A stretch of 64,000 nt of DNA from Candidatus Wolfebacteria bacterium. GTDB taxonomy: Bacteria > Patescibacteriota > Minisyncoccia > UBA6257 > UBA9933. Below, in pieces: positions 9,727 to 17,741 of the stretch (positions are counted from its first letter, which is position 1; the number at the start of each line of letters is the position of its first letter). The DNA lies in assembly GCA_024654025.1 (NCBI GenBank), contig JANLIR010000003.1, positions 1,658 to 65,657 on the forward strand. Reading direction: 5' to 3'. Both the position numbers and the translations under genes were made by a program. Under the pieces are notes generated by a model that saw nothing but the letters and a program-made list of their open reading frames with translations, ran no database searches and was not told where the DNA came from.

Positions 9727-9770
9727 GATCGGAAACAATTGTAGTAAATGTGAATAACCGACAGATATAA
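9727..9770. repeat. 44-bp perfect palindrome (19-6-19) centred on CGATCG
   Basis: catttactacaattgtttc cgatcg gaaacaattgtagtaaatg; checked by hand to be perfectly self-complementary. Confidence 0.8.
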
Positions 9771-9791
9771 TAACTGGTAAGTGAGGGGGGC

Positions 9792-9822
9792 TTGACAAGT
9801 ATACCTAGGGGGGAGGTATAAT
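9792..9822 (+). promoter_or_regulatory. Promoter (TTGACA - 19 bp - TATAAT) containing a CsoR-type operator TATACCT-AGGGGGG-AGGTATA
   Basis: 7-7-7 G-tract pseudo-palindrome at 9800-9820 matches the ATACC-N(G/C tract)-GGTAT operator class bound by CsoR repressors; lies immediately upstream of a csoR homologue. Confidence 0.7.
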
Positions 9823-9831
9823 GAATAATTA

Positions 9832-10098
9832 ATGAAAAAAAATAAAGAAATTATTACGGCGCTTAAAAAAGCGGACAGCCATTTAAAAAATATTATAGAA
9901 ATGGTTGAAAAAGAAGAGTATTGCGTAGATATTCTTCAGCAGAACTTGGCGGTTATCGGCCTTTTAAAATCAGCCAATAATAAGTTGATGGAGGGTCATT
10001 TGAATACTTGTTTTATTGAAGCAATAAAAGGATCAAATAAAAGGAAGGCGCAGAAAATGATTGACGAGCTTTTGCGGATAAATAAAAAAGTTCAATAA
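9832..10098 (+). CDS. csoR: CsoR/RcnR-family metal-sensing transcriptional repressor
   Basis: EEYCVDILQQNLAVIGLLKSANNKLMEGHLNTCF: the conserved Cys...His...Cys copper-ligand signature of the CsoR (DUF156) family. Confidence 0.8.
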   Translation: MKKNKEIITALKKADSHLKNIIEMVEKEEYCVDILQQNLAVIGLLKSANNKLMEGHLNTCFIEAIKGSNKRKAQKMIDELLRINKKVQ

Positions 10099-10111
10099 TT
10101 TTACGAATTTT

Positions 10112-11014
10112 ATGGAAAATAAAAACAAATACTTATTGCCTGTTTCGTTTTTTATATCAGCGATTTTAATTTCCGCCGCATTTATTTACAGCGCCGGATT
10201 AAAAAGCAAAGAAGGCGGGAATTATCCGGAAAGTGTCGCGTTAGCCAATAAATCCGGAGAGTCTAATTTTAGAGAAATTACGGCTCCGCCTCAAGGAACG
10301 GAATTGCCGGTTAAATGGGGAGATCTTGGGAAAAAAATGGTTGAAGCCGGAGTTATTGACTCAGAACAGATAAAAGCGATCTATGACAAAAGAGGAGGAC
10401 TAAGCGAAGAAGATAGAAATATTATTTTTGGAGATAACAACGGAAATTTAGTGATTACTCCTAAAAATTCCGGTTTGATTTTGAACATGCTTTGGGCGTT
10501 GGGATTAGTTAATAAAAATGAAATTCTAGAAAAAGGGCCGATGCAAAATTACGGCGACGCGGGAAAATTTGCTTCTACCGGCGGATGGTCGCTTGCCAAG
10601 GGAAGCGCCATGAATTATTACAGTAGCCGCGAGTTTGTGAAATTAACGCCGGCTCAACAAGATTTAGTGGAAAGAGTTTCCAAAAATATTTATCGGCCGT
10701 GTTGCGATAATTCGACTTATTTTCCAGATTGCAATCATGGGATGGCGATGCTGGGATTTTTACAGCTAATGGCCAGTCAAGGAGTTGGTGAAAGCGATAT
10801 GTATAGAGCGGCGCTAGTGTTGAATTCTTACTGGTTTCCGGATAATTATGCGACAATAGCCAAATATTTTAAACAAAAAGGAGTTGAATGGGACAAAGTT
10901 GACGCTAAAAATGTTTTGAGTGAGGAATTTTCAAGTATCTCCGGATACGAAAATATTGTTTCAAAAATAACCGAGCCCAAAGAAAATAAAGGAGGCGGAG
11001 GTTGCGGAGTATAA
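10112..11014 (+). CDS. Exported/membrane-anchored hypothetical protein with a Cys/His/Met cluster (putative metal-binding)
   Basis: N-terminal TM/signal; RPCCDNSTYFPDCNHGMAM cluster; C-terminal GGGGCGV; sits between csoR and the Cu-efflux genes. Confidence 0.5.
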   Translation: MENKNKYLLPVSFFISAILISAAFIYSAGLKSKEGGNYPESVALANKSGESNFREITAPPQGTELPVKWGDLGKKMVEAGVIDSEQIKAIYDKRGGLSEEDRNIIFGDNNGNLVITPKNSGLILNMLWALGLVNKNEILEKGPMQNYGDAGKFASTGGWSLAKGSAMNYYSSREFVKLTPAQQDLVERVSKNIYRPCCDNSTYFPDCNHGMAMLGFLQLMASQGVGESDMYRAALVLNSYWFPDNYATIAKYFKQKGVEWDKVDAKNVLSEEFSSISGYENIVSKITEPKENKGGGGCGV

Positions 11015-11018
11015 AATT

Positions 11019-11870
11019 ATGAGTTTACTGATAAGCGCATCGTTAATAGCGGCTTTTTTCGCCGGGGTAGCGGCATTATTCGCGCCGTGTTGTGTGACGG
11101 TTCTTTTACCGTCTTATCTAGCCTCAATTTTTAGGCAAAAATATAAATTGTTTTTGATGACGTTTATATTCTTTTTGGGAATCGCAACTGTGTTTTTGCC
11201 TATAGGGTTGGGAGCTGCGGCGCTGGCTCAAATTTTCAGTCGGTATCACAACGTAATTTTCGGGGCCGGCGGAATATTTTTGATAATTATGGGATTAGTT
11301 CTTGTTTTGGGAAAAAAGTTTTCATTGCCGTTTAAAGTTCATCCGAAATTGGAAGCTAATAATGCGGGGTCGGTTTATGTGCTGGGAATTTTTTCCGGCA
11401 TTGCCACGACTTGTTGCGCTCCGGTTTTGGCGGGGGTTATTGCTTTAACGGTTATGCCCGGTTCGGTGTTTTTGGGAGTTATGTATACCCTAGCTTATGT
11501 TTTAGGAATGGTGATACCGCTTTTTATTTTGGCGTCTTTGGTTGATAAAACAAACGCAACTAACAGGTTTATGGTTTTAAAAAGACAGGTTGAATATACA
11601 TTTTTGGGAAGCAAAATTCGCGTCGCGGTTTCGGATATTATTTCCGGAGCGATATTTTTACTGATGGGATTAATAACAACTTATCTGGCTTTTACGAATA
11701 AGCTTTTTGTCCATTCGGCGTATCAAATGAACATAAATATTTATGTGGATAAAATAACCAAGGCAATCGGCGGTATTATCGGATTTGTGCCCCAGTATGT
11801 TTGGGCGTTGGTTGTGCTTTTGATAATAATTTTAATAACTAAAAAGTCGATTAATCAATTTAGAAAATAG
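11019..11870 (+). CDS. CcdA/DsbD-family transmembrane thiol-disulfide transporter-like protein
   Basis: polytopic membrane protein with membrane-embedded Cys pairs (FAPCCVTVLLP, ATTCCAPVLAG) as in DsbD/CcdA-type electron-transfer proteins. Confidence 0.55.
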   Translation: MSLLISASLIAAFFAGVAALFAPCCVTVLLPSYLASIFRQKYKLFLMTFIFFLGIATVFLPIGLGAAALAQIFSRYHNVIFGAGGIFLIIMGLVLVLGKKFSLPFKVHPKLEANNAGSVYVLGIFSGIATTCCAPVLAGVIALTVMPGSVFLGVMYTLAYVLGMVIPLFILASLVDKTNATNRFMVLKRQVEYTFLGSKIRVAVSDIISGAIFLLMGLITTYLAFTNKLFVHSAYQMNINIYVDKITKAIGGIIGFVPQYVWALVVLLIIILITKKSINQFRK

Positions 11871-12461
11871 ATGAAAAAATTTAGTATTTTTATAGCGGTT
11901 GCCGCTATTGCGCTACTTGGAGGAATGTATTATTTTGGCGGTCGAAATATTCAAAGCAATAATATTGGCGGACAAAAAACAAGCGCCGGATCGCTTGATG
12001 GTTTAGTCGGAAAACCAGTGTTAGGGTTTTCTTTGACCGATAGAGAAGGCAAAATTTATTCTTCCGAAAATTTGAAGGGCAAAAATTATGTCTTGTTTTT
12101 TAACGAGGGACTAATGTGTTATCCGGCTTGTTGGAGCCAAATGGCAGAGTTTGGAAAAGACGAGCGTTTTAATAAAGAAGATTTATTGGCATTTTCCGTT
12201 GTCGTTGATTCCAAGTCCGAATGGCAATCCGCGATTTCTAAAATGCCGGAGTTGGCCAGAACTAAAGTTTTGTTTGATAGCGGCGCAATTGTTTCCAGAA
12301 AATTCAATGTTTTAACGGTTAATTCCTCAATGCATTACGGCTCAATGCCGGGCCATACTTATATTGTGGTTGATAAAAGCGGCGTTGTCAGATACGTATA
12401 TGACGATCCGACAATGGCAATAAACAACGATATGTTGTTTATTAAAATTAATAGCTTTTAA
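11871..12461 (+). CDS. Sco/SenC-like thioredoxin-fold copper-binding protein (membrane-anchored, extracytoplasmic)
   Basis: N-terminal TM, CxxxC (CYPAC) followed about 90 aa later by a His in [14 protein letters not shown], the Sco1/SenC Cu-ligand arrangement; start abuts the upstream stop. Confidence 0.6.
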   Translation: MKKFSIFIAVAAIALLGGMYYFGGRNIQSNNIGGQKTSAGSLDGLVGKPVLGFSLTDREGKIYSSENLKGKNYVLFFNEGLMCYPACWSQMAEFGKDERFNKEDLLAFSVVVDSKSEWQSAISKMPELARTKVLFDSGAIVSRKFNVLTVNSSMHYGSMPGHTYIVVDKSGVVRYVYDDPTMAINNDMLFIKINSF

Positions 12462-12493
12462 TTAAAATTTGGCTTTGTGCTATTTCTAACGGT

Positions 12494-14785
12494 ATGAAGA
12501 AAACTTTTCAAATTATAGGAATGGACTGCGCGTCGTGCGCGGCGGCAATAGAATATTCAGTTAAAAAAATAAATGGCGTTAAAGACGCCAATGTTAATTA
12601 TGCCTCCGAAAAGCTGTTTGTTGACTTCGAAAAAGAAATAAACGACCAAGAAATAAAAGAAGCGGTTAAAAGAACCGGTTACCAAATTATTTCCGGAGGC
12701 GACCACGCGTCAATGGATCATAGTCAAATGGATCATTCTAAAATGGATCACGCCGAACATGGCGAAGAACACGATCACGCTAAGATGTTGAGCGAGGCAG
12801 AGACAAAGACGCTTAAAAATAAATTTTGGTTTGGGACGATTGCGTCTTTGATAACTTTGGTTTTGAGTTTTGGTAAAAGTTATATCGGTTTTATACCAAA
12901 AGATTTTAATTTAGTGTTGCTTGTTATTCTAGCGACGCCGGTTGAGTTTTGGGTGGGCAAGCAATTTTGGAGAGGAGCGTACTTTGAATTTAAAAATTTC
13001 AGGCCGGGCATGGATAGTTTGGTTGTGCTTGGCACCGGAGCAGCTTATTTTTTCAGCGTAGTTGTGTCGGTTTTTAATATTATTCCGGCGTTTAATAATT
13101 TTTTTATAGCTCAATTTGAGCCGTATTTTGACGTGGCGGTAGTAGTTGTCACTTTTATAATCTTGGGGAAATTTTTGGAAGCCAAGGCAAAAGGTTCGGC
13201 TTCGGAAGCGATAAAAAAATTATTAAAACTTCAAGCTAAAACCGCCCATCATATTATGCCTGACGGCTCAATACATGATATTGATATTGATAACGTGAAA
13301 GTCGGCGATGTTTTATTAGTAAAGCAAGGCGAAAAAATTCCGGTTGACGGCGTTATTTTTGAGGGAGCGACGTCAATTGACGAGTCAATGGTGACCGGAG
13401 AATCGCTTCCGGTTGATAAAAAAGAGGGCGATAAAGTTATCGGCGCCACCATTAACAAAAGCGAGTTGTTTAAAATGAAAGCGACTAAGATAGGTAAAGA
13501 CACTTTTTTGTCGCAGATTGTTAAAATTGTTGAAGAGGCGCAGGCGTCAAAAGCGCCGATTCAAAAATTGGCCGATAAAATAACCGGAGTTTTTGTGCCG
13601 ATAGTTATAGCGGTCGCCACATTGACGTTTATTGTATGGATGATTTTGGGACCGGAGCCGCGTTTTGTTTACGCTTTGATAAACGCCGTAGCGGTTTTGG
13701 TTGTTGCGTGTCCTTGCGCTTTGGGGCTTGCCACTCCGATTGCGGTAATTACCGGCACGGGTAAAGGCGCGGAAAACGGAATCATAATAAGAAACGCCAG
13801 TTCTTTGGAAACAGCGGGGAGAATTAATACCGTGGTTTTGGATAAAACCGGAACCATTACTAAAGGCGAGCCGGCTATAACGGATATAATAACCAACGAC
13901 CCACAAATAACGAAAAACGACATATTGCAGATTGGGGCGAGTTTGGATCAAAACTCGTCGCATCCTATCGGCAAGGCAGTTGTTTTAAAAGCCAAAAACG
14001 AAAATATTAAACTAAGTTTGGTTTCGGAATTTTCAACGATTCTCGGAAAAGGAGTAAAAGGAAAAATTGAAAACAAAGAATATATTTTCGGAAGCAAAAA
14101 AATAATAGGCGATTATCAAATTGATTTCCCGACGCAATTAATGCACTCGCTTGAAGAATTGGAAGAGCAAGGGAAAACGGTTTTGATTTTGTCCGACACA
14201 AAAAAGATTTTAGGCATAGTGGCGGTTGCCGATACTTTGAAAGAGACTGCCAAAGAAACTGTTGATAAGTTAAAAAAATTAGAGGTGGATGTTTGGATGA
14301 TAACTGGAGATAACGAAAGAACCGCGCACGCTATTGCCGAGAAGGTCGGCATTAAAAATGTTTTGGCTTCGGTTTTGCCGGAGCAAAAATCTCAAAAAGT
14401 AAAAGAATTGCAGGATAAAGGATTTGTTGTGGCAATGGTTGGTGATGGTATTAACGACGCGCCGGCTTTGACGCAAGCCGATATTGGAATCGCTATTGGA
14501 ACCGGGACGGACATTGCTATAGAATCAGCGGGCATAACTTTGGCTTCCGGCGATCCGGTTGGAGTGTATAAGGCGATTCTGCTTTCCAGAAAAACTTTGA
14601 AAAACATCAAGCAGAATCTTTTTTGGGCCTATGCTTATAATATAGCTTTGATTCCTGTGGCAGCCGGGGTTTTGTATCCGGCATTCGGATTGCTTTTGAA
14701 CCCGATTTTGGCCGGCGCGGCAATGGCTTTTAGTTCGCTTTCGGTTGTGCTAAACTCGTTGAGGTTAAAGAGAATCAAGTTTTAA
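12494..14785 (+). CDS. copA: Copper-translocating P1B-type ATPase CopA
   Basis: N-terminal HMA domain [12 protein letters not shown], His-rich MDH repeats, CPC ([12 protein letters not shown]), DKTGTIT phosphorylation site, GDGINDAP. Confidence 0.9.
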   Translation: MKKTFQIIGMDCASCAAAIEYSVKKINGVKDANVNYASEKLFVDFEKEINDQEIKEAVKRTGYQIISGGDHASMDHSQMDHSKMDHAEHGEEHDHAKMLSEAETKTLKNKFWFGTIASLITLVLSFGKSYIGFIPKDFNLVLLVILATPVEFWVGKQFWRGAYFEFKNFRPGMDSLVVLGTGAAYFFSVVVSVFNIIPAFNNFFIAQFEPYFDVAVVVVTFIILGKFLEAKAKGSASEAIKKLLKLQAKTAHHIMPDGSIHDIDIDNVKVGDVLLVKQGEKIPVDGVIFEGATSIDESMVTGESLPVDKKEGDKVIGATINKSELFKMKATKIGKDTFLSQIVKIVEEAQASKAPIQKLADKITGVFVPIVIAVATLTFIVWMILGPEPRFVYALINAVAVLVVACPCALGLATPIAVITGTGKGAENGIIIRNASSLETAGRINTVVLDKTGTITKGEPAITDIITNDPQITKNDILQIGASLDQNSSHPIGKAVVLKAKNENIKLSLVSEFSTILGKGVKGKIENKEYIFGSKKIIGDYQIDFPTQLMHSLEELEEQGKTVLILSDTKKILGIVAVADTLKETAKETVDKLKKLEVDVWMITGDNERTAHAIAEKVGIKNVLASVLPEQKSQKVKELQDKGFVVAMVGDGINDAPALTQADIGIAIGTGTDIAIESAGITLASGDPVGVYKAILLSRKTLKNIKQNLFWAYAYNIALIPVAAGVLYPAFGLLLNPILAGAAMAFSSLSVVLNSLRLKRIKF

Positions 14786-14825
14786 ATTAGGGAGTAAGTC
14801 GGCTCCTTATAATAAAAATTTAATT

Positions 14826-15104
14826 ATGTACTACAACAATATGATGAATCCTTATGGTTGGGGAGGCGGATACGGGATGATGCAGTTTGGATTGCTGGGA
14901 TGGATTTTTATGGTTTTGTGGTGGGTTATAGTCATTGCCGTGATTGTCTGGGTGATCAGAGCGATTTTTGGACGAGGAAGAAGGAATTATTGGCAAGAGT
15001 GGCATGGAGAAAAAGGACCTTTGGAAATTTTAAAAGAAAGATACGCGAAAGGAGAGATTGATAAGAGTGAGTATGAAGAGAAAAAGAAAGACCTTGAAAA
15101 ATAA
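14826..15104 (+). CDS. SHOCT-domain small membrane protein
   Basis: TM helix then LEILKERYAKGEIDKSEYEEKKKDL (SHOCT-like C-terminal motif). Confidence 0.55.
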   Translation: MYYNNMMNPYGWGGGYGMMQFGLLGWIFMVLWWVIVIAVIVWVIRAIFGRGRRNYWQEWHGEKGPLEILKERYAKGEIDKSEYEEKKKDLEK

Positions 15105-15129
15105 TACTTCGGCCAGCTTAGTATAAACT

Positions 15130-15160
15130 AAAACAGTCCCGCCACGGCGGGACTGTTTTA
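15130..15160. terminator. Bidirectional rho-independent terminator
   Basis: aaaacagtcccgcc-acg-ggcgggactgtttt, perfect 13-bp stem flanked by an A-run and a T-run. Confidence 0.8.
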
Positions 15161-15199
15161 GTTATTGGTGTATTTATTGTACCAAGCGCGAACCTATTT

Positions 15200-15394
15200 T
15201 CAAAACAAGTGATGTTCCGCCAGAGGCGGACAGGCGCACGCACGGAGCGTGTGGTGGCTTAAGATTGAGTCGAGATTGCAACTCTTGTGTTTTTTACACC
15301 ACGCCTCGTATTTTTCCGCCCATTCCTTGTCTCGGTATTTTAATCCGCACTCAGAGCATTGGTAGGACTTTTGGTTTTGATTGGCGTTATTCAT
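15200..15394 (-). CDS. Small Cys-rich (zinc-ribbon-like) protein
   Basis: CSECG...CKKHKSC; start abuts the upstream stop codon (translational coupling). Confidence 0.4.
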   Translation of the reverse strand: MNNANQNQKSYQCSECGLKYRDKEWAEKYEAWCKKHKSCNLDSILSHHTLRACACPPLAEHHLF

Positions 15395-15865
15395 TTATTC
15401 AACCACAATCGTACCACCTTCACCGGGGTTAAGATGATTGTGATATTTCCAGTTGCCTGCCTTAGTGAAAGTAAAAGAATAATTTTCGCCCCTTGAGTAT
15501 CCGCGTTTTGCGTCAAAACCAGAATAATCGGTATGAATCGGATGAGGGTTTGAAGCAACCCACATCGGCCCTGACTTTTCGTTTTTGAAGATAACTGTTG
15601 TTCCGATCTTCACGCGAAGAATGCTCGGAGAAAATCCTGAATCGCTGTATGCTACGACATTCTTTTCTGTGGCTGGCGCTTGACTTACGGATGGCTGCGA
15701 AACTGGCTGCTCGGTTGACGGCACCGAAGTTTGCTGTTGCGGAACTGTTTGCTGATTTGATGTTTGAGGAACCGACGGTGTCGATTGGGATGTCCCCTTA
15801 AAAAGAAAATATCCGCCAACGAGAACAACTGCGACGATAACAATTGCGATGATAGATTTGTTCAT
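15395..15865 (-). CDS. Secreted cupredoxin-fold-like protein (His-rich, no Cys; putative metal binding)
   Basis: signal/TM then a Ser/Thr/Pro/Gln linker then a beta-rich domain KIGTTVIFKNEKSGPMWVASNPHPIHTD...WKYHNH; fold assignment is tentative. Confidence 0.4.
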   Translation of the reverse strand: MNKSIIAIVIVAVVLVGGYFLFKGTSQSTPSVPQTSNQQTVPQQQTSVPSTEQPVSQPSVSQAPATEKNVVAYSDSGFSPSILRVKIGTTVIFKNEKSGPMWVASNPHPIHTDYSGFDAKRGYSRGENYSFTFTKAGNWKYHNHLNPGEGGTIVVE

Positions 15866-15927
15866 ATAAGTTTAGTTATTGATTAAAGTTAATAAATTAT
15901 TTTTAAAGGCTTTCGGCTTTGGCCCTT

Positions 15928-16116
15928 TTATTTTTCTTTCCATTTCCACCATACAAGTCCAGCCGCAACTAAGAAAGCAACTCCGATTATCCCATGTATG
16001 TTGTGTAGATATAATCCAAATTGTTCATGATTAAGTGGTAATGGAGCTGTGTGGTCAATAAGCCAATAAAGTCCGATAATAACTAAAACGATAACCGTAA
16101 TAATTGTTTTGTTCAT
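15928..16116 (-). CDS. Small two-TM membrane protein
   Basis: 62 aa, two hydrophobic helices, Trp-rich C-terminus. Confidence 0.4.
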   Translation of the reverse strand: MNKTIITVIVLVIIGLYWLIDHTAPLPLNHEQFGLYLHNIHGIIGVAFLVAAGLVWWKWKEK

Positions 16117-16139
16117 ATTGGTTAAGATTACTAATTATT

Positions 16140-16760
16140 TTATCCGCGAGCGTTTTTGAGGGCGCGGGTCCACCACAAAAGTTGAGTGATCATGGCCTTT
16201 GCCTGATCTGCAAGCGAGGCGAAAAGTTCTTTTGCGTCCATTTTGCCAAAGAGCACTTGGAAATACTGCTCGCCGGGAATGTGCACCGCCACTCGGATCG
16301 GCGCCATTTGAAGCTCAACGGCATTGAGGCGTAACTGTTCAACTGCGCGCGCTCCGCCGACACCGCCATAACTTACGAAGGCAACCGGCTTATTGTTCCA
16401 TTCCTGATAGACCCAATCGAGAGCATTTTTCAGCACGCCGGACGTGCCGTGGTTGTATTCCGGGGTAATCATAATAAAAGCGTCTCCCTCTGCAATTTTT
16501 TTGGTAAAGCGCGTGACTGCCTCGTTCTTAAACGGCTCTTGCTTGAATGACGGACTCACGGGTTCGTTAAAAAACGGCATCTCGTAATCCCTCAAGTCAA
16601 GCACCTCGACCGAAATCCCGTTTTGTTTCTTGATTTCATCGGCAATCCACACAGCGGCTTTATCGCTAAATCGGCCTTCGCGAGTGCTACCTGCTATTAC
16701 TTTGATGTTGAGTGATGTAGTGTTTTTCATAGGTTGTAAAATTAATTTAATAAATCTCAC
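16140..16760 (-). CDS. NAD(P)H-dependent FMN reductase (flavodoxin-like fold, ArsH/ChrR family)
   Basis: IKVIAGSTREGRFS...PEYNHGTSGVLKNALDW motifs of PF03358; GTG start overlaps the arsR-family stop (GTGA); alternative ATG at 16730. Confidence 0.7.
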   Translation of the reverse strand: MRFIKLILQPMKNTTSLNIKVIAGSTREGRFSDKAAVWIADEIKKQNGISVEVLDLRDYEMPFFNEPVSPSFKQEPFKNEAVTRFTKKIAEGDAFIMITPEYNHGTSGVLKNALDWVYQEWNNKPVAFVSYGGVGGARAVEQLRLNAVELQMAPIRVAVHIPGEQYFQVLFGKMDAKELFASLADQAKAMITQLLWWTRALKNARG

Positions 16761-17059
16761 GCGCTACTTTTTCGCTTTTTCTTTGGTCTAATCTCCTCTG
16801 CAAGGCGTTTGAGGAGGTGGATGGTGTGCTCGACATTGAGCGTATACCGAACTTCCTGCCCTTGCCGTTCATCTTGCACCAAGCCAGTTTCCCTAAGAAC
16901 GCGCAGGTGCTGAGATACGAGGGGTTGAGACAGTTTTGTTTTCCTCGCAAGCTCGCTTACCGTCTTATGGCCGGAGAAAAGTGCCTCCACGATGCGATAG
17001 CGCGGAACACTCCCGATACCCTTACCAAACTTTTCCATTTCCTTGCACAAATCTGTCAT
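16757..17059 (-). CDS. ArsR/SmtB-family HTH transcriptional regulator
   Basis: RYRIVEALFSGHKTVSELARKTKLSQPLVSQHLRVLRETGLV winged-helix signature. Confidence 0.75.
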   Translation of the reverse strand: MTDLCKEMEKFGKGIGSVPRYRIVEALFSGHKTVSELARKTKLSQPLVSQHLRVLRETGLVQDERQGQEVRYTLNVEHTIHLLKRLAEEIRPKKKRKSSA

Positions 17060-17153
17060 ATGTAGATATTAGCATATTCTAATAGACCAATGCAAGCCAA
17101 AAATTCCAAAATAAAGCCCGCGCGGAGCAGTCATTTCCGAACAAGTCAGTTTT

Positions 17154-17239
17154 GGTGCGCGGGAGAGGATTTGAACCTCCAAGCCCTTGCGGGCGCTACC
17201 ACCTCAAGGTAGTGCGTCTGCCAGTTTCGCCACCCGCGC
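17154..17239 (-). tRNA. tRNA-Leu (anticodon GAG)
   Basis: hand-folded cloverleaf: acceptor gcgcggg/cccgcgc, anticodon stem ctacc/ggtag with loop ttGAGgt, long variable arm, TtC loop ggttcaaatcc, encoded CCA. Confidence 0.8.
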
Positions 17240-17254
17240 ATAGTTTAATTATCA

Positions 17255-17278
17255 TTAAAAAACTTGAATTTTCAAGTT
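17255..17278 (-). terminator. Hairpin plus U-run on the minus strand downstream of rplS
   Basis: minus strand reads aacttga-aaat-tcaagtt then tttttt. Confidence 0.45.
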
Positions 17279-17282
17279 CAAA

Positions 17283-17321
17283 CGAGATTCTTCATCCGAC
17301 AGTTGGCGGATTCAGAATGAC
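17283..17321 (+). repeat. REP-like repeat, copy 2 (half unit)
   Basis: cgagattcttcatccgacagttggcggattcagaatgac, about 85% identical to 5130-5166. Confidence 0.55.
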
Positions 17322-17362
17322 CAAGGAGGATGTTGTCTGCGTAGATCTGCCGCTTTGATTTG

Positions 17363-17400
17363 TTGTAGGTTGTAGGTCGTTGGTTGTGGGTTGTTAGTTA
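17363..17400. repeat. Degenerate heptamer tandem repeat (TTGTAGG)x5
   Basis: ttgtagg ttgtagg tcgttgg ttgtggg ttgttag, in the 3' UTR of rplS (CCTACAA on the transcribed strand). Confidence 0.6.
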
Positions 17401-17402
17401 GC

Positions 17403-17729
17403 TTACGCCGCCACTCCGATTTTTTCTCGAGACTTTTTCTTGGAGAGATTTCTTACAAAATAAATTTTTGAGCGGTGCACTTTTTTGGGCGAGCTCGTAA
17501 TTTCAACTTTATCTATTAACGGCGAATTTATGGGATAAATTTTTTCCACTCCAACTCCGGCAACCGTTGAGCGGACCGTGAAAGTACCACCGGACTCATT
17601 TCCGTGTTTTCTGGCAATCACAAGCCCTTGGAACCTGCCGATTCTTTCCTTGTCGCCTTCTTTTATTTTTTCGTAAACCCGGACCATTGCCCCAGATTTG
17701 ATTTTATCGAGTATCTCTTGCTTTATCAT
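17403..17729 (-). CDS. rplS: 50S ribosomal protein L19
   Basis: MVRVYEKIKEGDKERIGRFQGLVIARKH...GVGVEKIYPINSP L19 signature. Confidence 0.9.
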   Translation of the reverse strand: MIKQEILDKIKSGAMVRVYEKIKEGDKERIGRFQGLVIARKHGNESGGTFTVRSTVAGVGVEKIYPINSPLIDKVEITSSPKKVHRSKIYFVRNLSKKKSREKIGVAA

Positions 17730-17741
17730 GGTTTTTATATA

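Noticed and set aside
9781-9813. G6/G7 homopolymers as proof of phase variation of the cop promoter
   Set aside because: Tracts of 6-7 G are only marginally slippage-prone. This is mentioned as a possibility within the CsoR-operator finding and not called.
462-14610. Numerous 60-140-aa antisense ORFs inside ftsX, the GT-C gene, nusA, hppA, gap and copA, for example 462-701, 3910-4239, 7979-8380 and 13547-13963
   Set aside because: They are fully contained within well-supported genes on the opposite strand and have low-complexity or shadow-ORF composition.
17255-17278. Hairpin plus U-run as a strong terminator isolating tRNA-Leu
   Set aside because: It lies only about 15 nt upstream of the tRNA 5' end, leaving no room for a separate tRNA promoter. 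It may instead be a processing or stability hairpin of a read-through transcript, so it is kept as a low-confidence feature only.
17152-17358. 68-aa plus-strand ORF overlapping tRNA-Leu
   Set aside because: It is entirely explained by the tRNA gene and the GC-rich REP-like repeat, and has no coding signal.
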